Of a DNA stretch of 64,000 nucleotides, positions 1 to 14,029 are shown piece by piece. A model generated the notes under the pieces. That model ran no database searches and had not been told where the DNA came from. It was given only the letters and a program-made list of their open reading frames with translations. The number at the start of each line of letters is the position of its first letter. Position 1 is the stretch's first letter. Source of the stretch: Chrysomallon squamiferum (lineage: Eukaryota > Animalia > Mollusca); NCBI GenBank assembly GCA_012295275.1, contig CM022672.1, positions 11,780,001 through 11,844,000 of the forward strand, read 5' to 3'. Position numbers and translations under genes: made by a program.

Positions 1-239
1 ACACAATCACTTTAGTGAATATAACTCAAAAAATTAAACAAACCAAAAAATAGCAGTTTTTGTTCAAAAATAGATGTAGCACCTGCCACCTGCAAACTCC
101 TGGATCCATCCATCCTTTGTATATGTATATATATATATAAATAACATTTCCTATTTTTAATATAGATTCCTACTGATGGTTTGTGTATGCTTACACATGA
201 ACAGAAGACATGACTGTATTGGTATCAACCTTTTGTTTC

Positions 240-485
240 AGCAGTTTATAGATCTGCACTCAGGAAAAGACATCTTGTATTTTGTTGGGAAGATCGGTCC
301 TGTGTTTACTGATGGGATGGGTTCCATATGGTGCAAGTCAGAGCACTTCATTCTCTCTTGTCAGTTGTGCTGAGTACTTGGAGCAAGTAGAATGAACTAT
401 CTCATCAAAAGGGAAAGGTATACAGTCAGTGTGTGCAACTTCGGCTACTACGTCTACAACATCTTTTACAGTAGAGTGAGATGAG
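240..485 (+). mobile_element. Possible LINE ORF2 C-terminal fossil
   Basis: DLHSGK...GKIG...CKSEHFILSCQLC*...SVCNFGYYVYNIF resembles the LRxG...C...EHFLLxC zinc-knuckle-like tail. An ATT microsatellite follows. Confidence 0.3.
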
Positions 486-649
486 AAACACCTGACCAGG
501 AGAGTTTTGAAGTTGTTTCATGTTTTATTATTATAATTATTATTATTATAATTAGTAGTAGCAGTATTACTATCATTATTATTATTTTAATATTGATCTT
601 GTTAATAAATGTTGCGTATCTTTTTATGTGTTGTAAGCAGGGTCTTGTT

Positions 650-842
650 ACTATATATGTATATTGTGTTTATGTATGTACATGTGTTTGTATATATATG
701 TGTGTGTGTACATGTATGTATATATGTTTGTATGAATGGCTGTGTGTATATATATATATGTATGGATCTACATATGTACAAGTGCATTCAAAATTTTCTA
801 TACATATGTGTGTGTGTGTGTGTGCATGCACACGTGTGTGTA
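650..842. repeat. Compound (TG/TA/TATG) microsatellite
   Basis: Seen directly; it generates the spurious CV-rich ORFs. Confidence 0.9.
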
Positions 843-3800
843 TTTCTGCATCATCTCAAGCACACAACATCAGCAATAACAACACCAGCAGACATCTAGT
901 GGAATGGTGGATAATGAAATACCAGATTTGTGGTTTATCACAGCCAGGTTAAACTAAATGTTACATGACTGGTCCCAGATTGCTGGGATCCTAGACACAC
1001 CCCACCACATCTTATTCCAATAAATGTTCTGGGGGGTAAATCTGCCAACTCTGAACCCACAGGGCACAGAAGGAAATATAGATACAGAAAATTTATGTTG
1101 CCAAGCACCAACATGTGATCCTGAGAGGAATGCTTTGAGGCAGAATTCACAGATGACCTTTGATCAAGATAGATTTTTTTTTATTTGCTGTAAATCCAGG
1201 GATGAGTTTCAGAGTGATTTAAAATGTTGTCATAAAGATAATAGTTTTATCTCTGACCATGTATAAACATAAACTCTGTCTGAGGTCTGTAAGAGAAATT
1301 TTCGGGGTAATAATTAAAAAAAAAAAATTCAAAGTTTATTATTCTTGCAGTCCCCAGCTCCTCAAAGAAATAAAGAAAGAAACCAATACAGAATTTAAAA
1401 AATTTTAATTTAAAAAAAAAGAAGTTAATTCAAATATAAAATGTTTTGTAGAATATTTTCTCCAGAACAATCCTCAGTTCATATTAGAACTGGTTGTCTC
1501 CCATTTGTTATGCTGGCACATGGCTCCATATGCTTTTCATTTGACATTCTTCAGTTCAGATGAAAATAATTAAATAAATAATAAAAAAATTAAATTAAAT
1601 TGCAAATGAAAATTAAATTATATTTTCCTGCATTCCATCTAAACAGATGGCAGATAAAATTAATTAGGAAAAAAATGTATTTCTCCTTTTAATATACCAC
1701 ATGTAATGCAAATATGCATTTTTAAAAAACCCCAAGAAATCAAAACATATAGATATTTAAATAAAAAGTAACTTTTGCTGGAGTCCATTAACAAAACACT
1801 AAAACTTACTGTATTCTGAGTACATTTCTATATAACCATTTCCTTTTCCCATATATTTGCTTTTAAATTTTTATGTTCTTTTAAACACAGCTCCAAATCA
1901 GAACCTTTCCTGTTCATAAATTCATTTTTAATTGTTTGAGAGAAAGATTCCCCAGATTTTAGATTTATTTGTTTAGACTTATGCTCCTGGGAATTGTAGA
2001 TAGCCAATGGTTGCTTGGTAAATTAAATAAAATTTCATATTTTATTTTTTTTTTCACTTTCTGACACATGTCTCTATGAATTACAAGAGGCTAAGCAGTT
2101 GCATATTAAATTTATAATGATTGTTTTTGTTGTTTAACTTCATATTCAGAAAGGAAGTGCAATTCTGAATCCACTATAGTAATTAAAATAAAGTTAAATT
2201 TTATTTTTGTTTCTCTCTCTACCTTCTGCCTTCTGATTCCACATACTCATTTATCCATCTCTCTCTCTCTCTCTCACACATACTATCTATTTCTTTTTCT
2301 ATCTCTCTTTCCTTTACACAACCTTCCTCAACATTTGATTCTCTCTCTCTCTCTCTCTCTCTCTCTTTCACTCATACTATCTCTGCTCTTTTTCTGCATC
2401 TATCTGTCTTTCTGTGTATATTTAATTAATCTCATTATCTTCATTAATTTCATTTATTTTATAAGCTTTAAACAAACCAAGGATACCATTTTATTTGAAA
2501 GACAGAGACACTGAACCTAATGATATCACAGCTTTCATGCTCTTCTGCTCATATCATGTACAAAAAGAGACAATAACGGATAATGCAGTTGGTTAAAGTA
2601 AGTACCGTTTCCTACAAGTCAAATTCTAATTGGGATTTCCAACAGCAGCAGAACCAATATATAAATCAAGATGGATTTCGGGGCTTTATTTTTATCTCTG
2701 TTTCAGTTATTTAGTGAAGAAAAACAAAAACAGCAGGGACAATTCTTTACTTGGTTTCATGGAAATCTTGGAATTCGAGATCTTCGAGCACATGCTCTGT
2801 GACTCCCACTGTGTATATACTTCTAACAGAAAACTAAAACCTAACTAGAAACAATAACAGTATCCAAAATGGCTGAAATCACACCCACTGATTGTTATTA
2901 CATACACATATGCTTTTCATCATAACTTGAAATTTATGTGGGGAGGGGAGGGGAATATCTTGTTGTGAGTGGTCACAGTGTTGGAATAAGTTCTTCAAGG
3001 GAGAATGTGTTATGAAAGAAAGCAAAAACAATGAGGTGTCCCAGGGCAGAGGGCATGGATCTGGGTAAACTTTCATAATGTTATCTATACAACAGATTAA
3101 CACTGCTGATAATATCTGCATCATGGTGTGTGGCATAATGAACCAGGGGTTTGTTTTGATATCCAGAAATAAAAAGCAAGGTGATGATGTCAGTGATGGT
3201 ATAAAAATATTTTGAAAACCAAAAAGTATTTTAACACAAGTCATTAAACCAAAAAGAAAAAAAAGAAAGAAAAAAAATTCTAACAAACAATAATGTGTGA
3301 AATATTTTAAGTAACTAATTTTACATATACAATGACATTTGTAGTTCTCTGTATGCAAATTAAGATTGATATATACAATGATGTTCATAATTCTCTACAT
3401 CAAAATTAAAAAAATCAAAAAAATCAAAAAGCCAATAAGAACCACCCACATACAAAATAATTTCAGTTATAATAGTCTCTACTTGAAACATTTCAAAGTT
3501 TAGTCTCAAAACATTAAAATGATTTCATCCAGAAAATCAGAACCATCCAGATACTTTACAACACCCATCAAATTTCTGGTTATATAAATATAGTGATTAG
3601 AAATAAAATAATATTTCAAAGTGCTGAAATAATATGATCATAAGCTTTATCAACCATCATAATTTAACTAAATAATATAAATATTTTATTTTTTCAGTAT
3701 TCAGATGTAGATAGAATTATAAGCTTCAGTTATCAAAGTAATTTAATTAAATAATATATACCTATATTATATATATAACCTTTTCATTTGTTTTTTCAAC

Positions 3801-4469
3801 ACGATTAAAATCATCAGCTTCAATAATCACAGAAGTATAACTAAATAATAATAATATTATTATTACATATATTCTAATTTTATTTGTTTGTTTGTTTTTC
3901 AATACAATTTCACTCACCAAAGTAATATAACTAAATAACATGTAACATTATTATACATACATATATCCTCATTTTATTTGATTGTTCAAAATATAATTTT
4001 TACATTTATTTCGATGGTGGATGATATGGCATTAAGATAATTGCATTGAACTGAGTCTAGCTTGTATCAGTTACAATAATGTGACCACACTCATTTATTT
4101 GAATAAAGAAAGATGGGCAGAATGGTAATAATGTGTTCAAACACAATACACTCATTTGATTCCATTCCAGGCCCTCTCCAGACACATCTATCAATAGCAT
4201 TTCATTTTACAGTTCACCAAGTCCAAAATCTCACTGTTTCTGCCAATGAGATATAAAGAAAACCTTTGCAACGTTATCTGCTTCACCTCAGTCATTGCAT
4301 CGCATATCAAGGGAATATGTATTGCAAGCTTTCATTGTTAGTTTGCCCTTTGTTCTTAGATGTACAGACTCCGTGTTTTCACACTGATCTGCTTATCAAT
4401 ACACACACACAACAAGAAAGGCCTCCCACAGAACTGTTGTAACAGAAGTATCACCAGCATTTTCACAGT

Positions 4470-4990
4470 TCCAAAAGCATTCATGATTGATTCTTGTACT
4501 ATTTAAAAGTATTCAGATCTACTTTTTTTTTACTACTTAGAAGCATTCAGAACTCTTTTACTGTTTAAAATACTGCTTTGCTATTTGAAATTTTTTACTA
4601 ACAAAAAGTATTCAAGACTTCTTTTTTGGCTATTTAAAAGCATTCAGAACTCTTTTACTTTTTTACAACTTTTTGTTTTAATTGTTTTTTTGCCCAGACC
4701 AACACCAAACTGTAATGTTTTGAAAACATTCAGAACTCTTTTGCCACTTTTTTCTGATGAATAACTTTTGGTCTAACAATCATCAGTACATACATAGTTC
4801 TGAAAGCATTCAGAACACTTTTGCTTTCTCTTCCCATTTTCCCTAAAGAGATGTTGAATAACTTTTAGTTTACCTTTTACCTAAACCAACCACCCTTCAG
4901 TGATTATGCAGATCTGAAAGCATCTAAACTTTTTGTTCTTGACTTTCTGTTTTCCCTAAAGAGAAGTTATAATAACTTTTTTGCCCAACA
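4470..4990. repeat. Degenerate tandem array, irregular spacing
   Basis: An AAAGCATTCAGAACTCTTTT core recurs about 8 times. Confidence 0.75.
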
Positions 4991-6374
4991 TTATTTTTAT
5001 TTTTTTTCCCCCAGACACACAATAGAGGGAAATAGCTTATATGACACATTTGATTTATAGTATATATTAAATAATATGGATTGTAATAAAAAAATTAATT
5101 AGGAAATATCCCAAAAGAAATAAAATTCCACAATGGATTGAATAGTGTCAATTTGTTTAGACAGATTAACAAGACTGTCAAGCAAAAAGCCATTGTCTGT
5201 AATACAATTTTCAAAGATAACTGGGTTTTTTCATAAACATTTCATTTATCTGCATCATAGAGGGCCTCGCTGGGAGATGTGGTAAATGATAAATACAGTT
5301 ATCTGTCATTGATTGGTATCCTGCAGGGGAAGTAATTGTTATGTTCAAATTGAAACATTTGCTTACAAGAGCACTAACGATAGAAGTTATGGATATGTTG
5401 TAAATTTTAAATGATAAATAAAATATTAACATAACATTAATTGTAAAACAAAACTTTCAGTGTGTAAATACTGAATCTTAGTTACTTAAAACTTTAATTA
5501 TAGAGACATTTGTTACTTACAAACTACCAAAAAATGAACACTATATGCAGTGTCTTCTGTGTAAGGCCAATGAGAAAAAAATCTTGGTTTACTTAGGAGG
5601 TAAGTTTTAACCTCTAGTGTACCATTCTGTCTTCTCCTACATAAAGACCACTTCAGCAGTGTTTTTCAATAATAACAGAACCACTGGTCTATTGTAATCA
5701 CATTTTCCTCAGTCCAGTAAAATATCTAGATATCATCTATTTCTAAAAAAAATTATGTTAGATGGAGATATCCAGTTCTGCCATGAAGATGTTAAAGACA
5801 GATTCTAAATTATATTCTGGTCTAACTTTATTGTTGGTAAGTATAATTATCATGAAAATTCATTAACTCCATAGGGTGCACTTCAACCAAACATTATAAA
5901 CAACTGCATCTGATACTGCACAACTCTGCTGAACAAATACACACATATTAACTGTATAATATTACTGGTACAGCCATGAGCCAAATTCTACAGATAAACA
6001 AAATATTATGAATAAATACGTAGGCTACACAAACAAACACAGCAGTGCCTGCTGATGCAGGGTTACTCTAGGAATGTCCGAAGGAGTCTGTAACAACCTT
6101 TGCTGAAGCTATTATAAGACAAGGGACAGTTGGACTAGCTTCAGAAGATAAAATGTTGCAGCTGCCACAACAACAAGCAGCTATCAGCTCATTTTGCCCA
6201 TGTGCAAGTGATACTACAGCATGGCTGCCTGTGAATGATCCTCATCTCTTAACTGGCTGGGAGACTGGTAACTTCCTTAAGCTTCTTGCCATAATTCAAA
6301 TTGTCGTAACATGTTTCTACTTAGGCAGAGAGGACTGGCATGTTGGTATATTACATCAAACTGGAATGTACTGG

Positions 6375-6620
6375 AAGCAGAACTGGCTATTTGCTGAACA
6401 TACAGAAATATAGTAGTATTGGCTAGATATTGAACACAGAAATGTAGTAGTATTAGCTAGGTGCTGAACATATAGAGATAAAGTAGTATTTGCTAGTTAC
6501 AGAACATGCAGAAATTTAGAAGTACTGGCTATTTTCTGAACACATCAATGTAGTAGTATTGGCTATGTGCTGAACACAATAGAAATATTAAAGTATTGGC
6601 TTTTTGCTGAACACACACAA
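6375..6620. repeat. ~35-bp minisatellite, about 7 copies
   Basis: TAGTAGTATTGGCTA...TGCTGAACA at 6411, 6445, 6481, 6517, 6551 and 6589. Confidence 0.9.
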
Positions 6621-7084
6621 AGTGGTGAGGTAACACACTTCCCTACCTACCACTGGATGATTCTCTCATAGCTGGTCCAGCTTTCAATGATTAGTATAGT
6701 TACTTACAGCCAGGGTAATGAAGACAATGTTTAGAAGTCTGTCCAAATAAAACACACAGGTAAAAGAAAGCAAACAACTGTTTGTCAGTTAATGAAAGAC
6801 AATTGGGGGTGTAGAGAGATCACATTTCGTACCATGCTAATGTCAAAAGCAGGAAATTGCCTGTGGTTTTTCCTATCATTGGGAACTATCATAGATAAGA
6901 AGTCATCTCCACACAAATATTTATTATTCCCAAAACCTGGCTACTTTGTTGTTTGCACTGATACCATCAGATTGGAAATGGTTTTGGGAGTACAAAGAAG
7001 TGAGGTATCTAAGAATCAACGAAACACACAGCTGATCTCTTTTACAATAAAGCCATCAGACTGGACATTGTTTTACTGAACAAT

Positions 7085-7720
7085 TAACTATAAATATTTA
7101 TTATCTGCAAGATGTATCACTGTTTGAAGTGATAACATCAAAATGGAAATGATGCTGAATGAACTCATAACTTAATATATAACTGAGAGAACATAGCTCG
7201 GTCTAAATTTTTAGGTGACATCATCATATGGGACCCTGCATTGCAGAATAGTGCTCTGTTAAGTATTTATTACTGGCAATATCTGCAATATTACTGTTTG
7301 AAGTGACTGGAAATGATACTGAAATGATATTAAACTGAGACTACCCAGAACTGACCATGTTTTCAATGACATCAGCAGTTTGGAAATTGTCTTATGTCAA
7401 CTATAAATATTTATTATCGTGTACTGCTTCAGTCAGTTATATCATAGTTCAAACTGGTTTCATCTGACTGACATGATACTGACTGAAAACAGAAGCTAAT
7501 ATATAGTGAGACAATCTCTTTTTTCAATGACATCATTGGAAAATTGTCTCATGAAAGAGTAAATTATTAATATGTATTATTTGCAAGTTACATAATTGTA
7601 TGAATTGGTATCATAATTAGAATACAAGGCTGACAATTTTTGCAGTGACAGTAGTTGTATGGAAGTTGTCCTGCAGAAGTGAACATTTATTGTTTTTAAG
7701 CCTCTGGTGTATCACTGTTT
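7085..7720. repeat. Degenerate ~150-bp tandem array, about 4 copies
   Basis: Recurring TAAATATTTATTAT...ACTGTTTGAAGTGA...TTTTCAATGACATCA...GGAAATTGTC. Confidence 0.7.
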
Positions 7721-8910
7721 CTGGATTCTTTTACTGAAGAATGCCCTTTTCATTGCGTCTAAAACTTAGCCATATCATAAGACTGGAGATTGTCTAACAC
7801 TATAAATACATTAACATGTTGCTGGCATTTGTCTTCTCTTGGTAACATCTAACAGTTTGTCTGAATGATAATCATCAAATGTCATCATTGAATGTTTAAT
7901 ACAAGCATTTATCTCACACTGGTTATTATTCTAGACCCCATAATGCCTTTCAGCTCACCACCTGATGAGGCTAAAGGGTAGATTTAGGAGAGGGTGTGTT
8001 TGAACTTTGGGAACAGAAGTATGTTAATATATAAATGTCAGAATGTTTTGCTAACATACTGGTTCTTTTATGGTAATATCAGCTGATGTCTAGGATGGTA
8101 GTAAGAAGTAGTTTTATTTATTCCACTGTCTCTGGTCTGCTATTGAATATATCACATATCTGTTTGTTATTAACACTTGTGTCTCTCTGCTAAGAATCTC
8201 AAAAGTGGTTTCTTGAATCTGATATATAAAACATTCAGAAGAAATCTTCATTCATGCATAATGTAGTAATATTCTTTCTCTGTATTTGTTTTACTGCACT
8301 TTTATGCTTTTAGAATATAACAAAATTATATATTTTTTTAACCATTTCATTTGTCTAATCATGTCCTGTGTAATTTTGTTTTCAAATAAAGCAAATTAAA
8401 GAACAATTAAAGATAAGACATGAAGCTTTATATATGTCAAATACCAATTTAAATCCTTTTTATTTATTTTTAATTCAATTTTAAGGAACCATGTTTAGTT
8501 TGTTTAAATATGCTGTTCAAAAGGTTTGTTAAAAATGCCCTTTAGAAAACAAAGATAATCCTGAAGTTTTATATTTGAATTAAACAGTTTCTTAATCTTC
8601 TAAAACAAAATGAGTTCAGGACCCATCTTCAAGTTTTCCCACAATTACACTTTACATTATATATATTTTTTGTTTCGAAGGAAAAATTTAAAGAACAAAG
8701 AAAATTAAGCAGTAAACTGCTATTTCTAGACCATCTTCTGTATTTAACAGTAACTTTCAAGGAGCCATGTTCACTTTTCCTACATTTGCCAACAGCAGAA
8801 CTAATTGTTGTTTTGGGGTTTTAAAAAAAACAAAAAAAAAACACAAATGGATCTAGTTAGAGACCAAAGAAAGATTAAATGTGTTATTTTTATATTTTTA
8901 AATTAAATAC

Positions 8911-9016
8911 CTGGCATTTTCTGGACCAACTTCTGACTGGTCATATGATGAACTTGCAGAAATGGCTTCATCAGGAATTTTACCTGACTGCATCCCCAGT
9001 GCATTCCGGCACTCAT
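8911..9016 (-). CDS. Ddr: Internal coding exon of a discoidin domain receptor (DDR)-like receptor tyrosine kinase; start of the discoidin/F5-8 type C domain
   Basis: Minus strand reads tttttatttcttgttgcag|AT GAG TGC...AAT GCC AG|gtattt. The exon is 106 nt, phase 1 to phase 2, and translates xECRNALGMQSGKIPDEAISASSSYDQSEVGPENAR. This matches the DDR N-terminal motif CRxxLGMxxGxIPDxxIxASSx(W/Y) (human DDR1 CRYALGMQDRTIPDSDISASSSW, from memory) and the invertebrate-type VGPxxAR ending. Another F5/8C-domain protein is not fully excluded. Confidence 0.9.
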
Positions 9017-9297
9017 CTGCAACAAGAAATAAAAACTAAAATAAGCACAATCAAATAGATATAAATACACATACACTTATACATATATGCACAAACAACA
9101 CACAGTATATTATTATCATTTTAGAAAAAAAACAATAAATTCATATATATTTTCCTAAAAGGGACAATTCCAGCTACTGGGTTTTTTATTGAATTTTTTT
9201 TTATTTCACACATATTCCTTTAAAAACGTTAATTTTATAATTGTTTGTGAATAGGCATCTTTCAGTGCTGCTATGATTTGAAATTGCTTGTTTGTTG

Positions 9298-9383
9298 ACA
9301 CAACTGATTTATCAACAGCCTTGGTTTGTCCTTTCCTGTCCATGGGATGGTGCATTTAAACAATCTCTTACTGCTAATGAAGG
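9298..9383 (+). mobile_element. SINE body fragment
   Basis: caactgatttatcaacagccttggtttgtcctttcctgtccatgggatggtgcatttaaacaatctcttactgctaatg; its reverse complement aligns with the copies at 10780, 11735 and 17345. Confidence 0.6.
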
Positions 9384-9414
9384 TATCTTCTTTTATATCA
9401 TCATTATTTAACTA

Positions 9415-9448
<34 letters not shown>

Positions 9449-10774
9449 TGGAGATAAAGAGAAAGAGAAGAAGAAAGAGAGAAAAGAGTGAGATAGAGAT
9501 ACATATATATCAAGACACCTAAATATAATCTTTCTTTCTTTTATTGTACAGAATTTGTATCAATCCATCCAAATAAACAGCTAAAACTTCAATCGTTAGC
9601 TGAAGCACAAACACACAAACTAAGATGTAAAAAAAAAAAAAAAATCTGAGATAAACTATCTTAATGAAATAATCTCAACAGCATGGCTGACGAGCGCATC
9701 CAACTGGTGATTAAAAACAGGACATAAACCTGCGTCCAGACAATTTTGACAAGTTGTGTCCACCGAGAATAACAACAGTGTAGCCCAAAGCTCACAGGAA
9801 TTTCCATAACACTGGGACTCCTTGATTAAATTTTGTCCTTATAGACTCTGCTGATCAATACACATTATGAGGGAGACATATTTCTATGTAAAAACTGACT
9901 GAATTTTTGTCCATTTGCTTTAATTTTGTCCTTGATAAGAAGATAGACTTGAATATTATATAAGAAGATTTAAAAAAAAAAATTCTTATCTATTTTCTCA
10001 GTCTTTCTCTTTCTCACTATTGGTCTGTCTGTCTTTTTTTTCTCTCTCTGTCTAGTTCTTTTCAAATTTCTTTCTCTCACAAGTAAATGCCTCAACATTT
10101 GTACATCTTTATATTTGACTTTTATGTTTTTGAAACATTTGTATGTTTGCTTGACAGTATAAGCTTCAATATTTGTTTCTTTCTAAATATAAACACACAT
10201 GTAACACATACAAATCACACAACACACACACACACACACACATAAACAAATGATAAAAATCATCAAAAAATGAACATTAACATCTACCATACCTATCAAT
10301 ATCAATAACTTCCCAATTATTTTCACCAGAAATTAATCAAAGGAAGCCATTTGTTCTGCAAACGGCCATTTATTTATTATTTCCAATTTCCTCTAACCTA
10401 TACTCATTACACATAAACCATGGAATCATCGCCTGTAACCGGACCAGACAGATTGCAAATAGATAAATACTTTATTGAACACATGGCTGTTACTGCAGAT
10501 AACTACCCCCTTGCTGGTACATATCCTCCGTAATTATCAGTCAGATAACAGCACAGTATCGAGGCATATAGTTGTTCTGAGTCATGAGTAAATAATAATA
10601 ACTTGCCAGTACTTTAAGTAATAGCATTCGCTTAATGACAAGCAGGCTTAATTACATTTCTTTACTGGAAATTACAGGCAGTGTATTAATAATGGCAATA
10701 CACATGCACACGCAGACACAAACATGTATACACACACACACACACATATACACACATTGTAACTAATAATGATA

Positions 10775-10860
10775 TAAAAGAAGAAACCTGCTCTCATCAT
10801 TCTTCTGAATATTTCTTTTCATTAGCAGTAAGGAATCTTTTATATATACCTTCCCATAAT
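10775..10860 (-). mobile_element. SINE body fragment
   Basis: gaaacctgct...attagcagtaaggaatcttttatatataccttcccata, shared with the other copies. Confidence 0.6.
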
Positions 10861-11634
10861 TCAAACCAAGACTACTGATAAATGAATCACAGTTGACACA
10901 AACACTTTGTTATGAGCTATGAAATAATAACTTGGAAATATATAAAATAAATCTTTATTCATATGCTACAGATACCCCTATCCCAGAGTGAAATGTGTTG
11001 ATATCTTGTATCACAGAATCAGATTCTGAAGGCATCAAAAATCAGATTCTGATCTCACCATTCTAATATTTCTTGGGAGAAATGAAATTTGTTAAAAAAA
11101 AAAAAAAAAAAAAAAATAAAAAAACAGAAAAGAAAAAAGAAAACCAGAGCTGTTAGCTGGAAGAAATCATCAAGGAAGAAATAAACTGAACCAATTTAAA
11201 ATATTTCCTATGCTGACACGGCTCAAGTTTCAGATGACATTTCGATAAATCTGAGGTCCCTGTTCGTCTTTGAAACATTATAAAAACAAAGTGAAAAATG
11301 AACATCAGGTCAGATCAGAACATTTGAACCTACACAACAGGATGTATGATTGAGAAACTCGATAGGTCCAATAATTTGAAAAATCAAAACATATCTCCCG
11401 TTCTCCCCTAATTCTCACAGTCACATAAACACACGTCAGGCAGACTTGATTGACATCTGTGTCTTATTATTAACAATGGAAACTTTCTCTTGACCCTATG
11501 CCATCTAAACATTTACTTAACTTATATATATATATAATTTATTTACATTCCCACATGTGCACTTAGCATTTGGGCAAAAGAAATAAAAAAAGGTTGGACA
11601 CATTTTAATATTTTTATTTATTATCCATCAGTCC

Positions 11635-11636
<2 letters not shown>

Positions 11637-11684
<48 letters not shown>

Positions 11685-11724
11685 TTATTTTTTTTTTTTG
11701 TTGTTGTTGTTGTTGTTGTTGTTG
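11637..11724. repeat. (TAT)n-polyT-(TTG)n compound microsatellite
   Basis: Seen directly. Confidence 0.95.
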
Positions 11725-11734
11725 TAAAACAAAT

Positions 11735-11860
11735 GGAAAAAATCCACTGCTATCTTGTCATGGGTTACTCTTACCTAGTTAGCAATGGTTATTTATGTGC
11801 ACCTTCCCACAGAGAGGGAAAATGGTTTCTGCTTTTATGGTTGGAATGAGAAATAACTAT
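11735..11860 (-). mobile_element. SINE body fragment
   Basis: catgggttactctt...ttagcaatggttatttatgtgcaccttcccacagagagg...ggttggaatgagaaata. Confidence 0.6.
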
Positions 11861-12689
11861 CTTAGGCATTTTGACTGAATCATCAGATAATCATAGAACC
11901 CTGGTCTGACTGGAAAATCGCCATTTTATTCACATTACATGTGTATATTTATTTATTTTAATTTATTTGCTTATTTATTTATTGTTATTGTTGTTATGTT
12001 GTTGTTGTTGTTGTTATCTTCAAGAATTAAGCTCTTCAGTTAAAGTTATATTCAAGATCAAACAACTTTTTCTTTCTTTTGAAAAGAAAAGCCTAGATGG
12101 GTGATTAAATCTTTAGTGGATTTAACATTCAGAAAGGAAGAAAAATATTGCACTCGTGTCTTTTATCACAGAATGTCACTTGATTACAAAACGTGTATAG
12201 GAATTTCAATAAACTAGACAGGTCCTCTCCTGCCCACTTCATCTTCACAATAAAACACTTTTTTCTCATCCAACAGCAAGAATGTCAAATTCATCAATTC
12301 TTTTATCATTTTTGTTTTTTTTCAAAAATATTTCATATGGAGTGAAAAATCAATTCAGCTACTTAATATAATAGGAAACAATTTTTTTTTTTTTTTTTTT
12401 GTAGGGTGAACTTTTTATTTAACAGTTATGAATGACATGAATTTAAGCTCAGCAAAGCAGAAATTAACCGGAAATGTTAAGTTCCAATCTGAGATTAATA
12501 AATCAAAGAGTGCTTGCTTCACACACACACTTGCCCTGTTATTGAAAAGTCTGTGAGAATGAGACATCTGGTTTGGGCAAGCTGTATTACCCGATGAAGG
12601 TGAATGATAAGAAATGATATTTGTGTGCAAGTCAGCAAATAATTTATTAACACAAGGTGAAAAAAGGTGCTGAAGATACTTGGCAGTCT

Positions 12690-12995
12690 GATCATGGATG
12701 GATGGACAGACTACTGGATGGATGGATTAATGGAAAGATGGATAGACAGATGGACAGTTAGACTGAATAAGAACAGATGAATGAATGGATGGATGAATTG
12801 ATAAGTGGAAAGAAAGATTGATGAATGCATGCATGTATAAATGAAAAAAATTGGTTAAATTATTAAATGAATCAATGAAAGAATGACAGATGATTTATCA
12901 ATGCATAGACTGAGAAATAATTGAAAGATGGCTGGAACAATGAATGGATAGATGGATGGATGGATAACAAGTAGTATGATGGATGGTTAGACAAA
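12690..12995. repeat. Decayed (GATG/GAAT)n microsatellite
   Basis: Repeated gatggatgga/atgaatg runs. Confidence 0.8.
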
Positions 12996-14029
12996 GAGTT
13001 GGATTTTATGCAACAATCAGTGTTTCGATTCATTATTGAATTAATGGAAAGAATACATTTTTCTTTTTTGGACAGACACAGAAAAGGAAGAGAAGCAAAG
13101 ATCAAATGACTGATAGACAGACATACAGACACAGATTGACACTAAAAATAGATCACCAGTTTTATCAAAAATCCCCCTAAAAAACAATCTAATCTTCTGA
13201 ACATGACCAATCATCAAAACTCTTAGCAAGCATCCTTTATTCTAACCCTGACCAAACGTTTCTTCATGCCTGGTGGCCTTGTTTAAATTACCTTCAGGTA
13301 TCTGCTGTTGGTTCTGACTAAACAGGTGGTCTTCCAGGACAGGTGCTTTACAATGTTATCACGGGATTCACTAATTAGAAGCCCTAAACCATGCTAAACT
13401 GGCATCGAATCATCTGACCGCTGTTTATTAGTCACGGCACTAGTAAACTTTACTTCAACTTGAAATTTGTTAAAGGAATGTTATCTTGCATATATCAGTT
13501 TAAACACGTTATGCAAGCCAGATGGTTTTGATGAAAACAGAATCATTTTAAATTTTGGTTTTCCTGTGCTTTGAGTCACAAACTGAATTTTATTTCATTT
13601 AGATTTAAAAAGAAAAAGAAAAGGAAAGAAATATTTAATTTTACGGCATTGGCAGCCTTTGGGTTATGTTTGATTTAACAAGAAATATTAGAAATTGCTC
13701 CAACTTTTCAGCTGCAGCAAAATAATTGTGTCTGTGTGTATGTTTGTACAAATGTGCATGCACGTGGCAAAAGAGTGTGCATGTGTGCATTCTTGCAAAC
13801 ATGCATGTATGCATTTTTTGTTACTTATAATGTAGAAACAATAGAAACTGTCAGTTAAGATAATAGTTTGGTATTTTTTAAGGATACAGAATAATGTGTG
13901 AAAATATAATGAAAATGTATGTATGGCTTGTTCCGTGGAGCTGATAACACTGGTATTTTGTTCATCAGACACTCCATCTCAGCAATCACATTCACCTGTG
14001 ATGTCTCTTCACACTGTGGTCTCTTTTAC

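Larger units (their letters stand above)
1..8910 (-). other. Intron downstream of the discoidin exon (>8.9 kb, continues beyond the window)
   Basis: The expected next DDR exon (GGAWCP...LQIDL...TQGR) was not found in 1-8910. Confidence 0.7.

Noticed and set aside
593-952. CV/HT-rich ORFs here and at 15742, 21064, 38625, 48623, 54899 and 60161
   Set aside because: They are translations of microsatellites.
950-1130. Minus-strand acceptor followed by GAW codons, considered as the next DDR exon (GAWCP)
   Set aside because: It reads GAWQHK in the wrong phase with no further discoidin similarity.
2879-3388. Longest ORF in the track (169 aa, minus strand)
   Set aside because: Low-complexity F/L/I-rich translation, no recognisable domain and no splice signals linking it to DDR.
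11767-11790. Sense-strand TAG|GTAAGA
   Set aside because: No polypyrimidine tract; it is part of a SINE.
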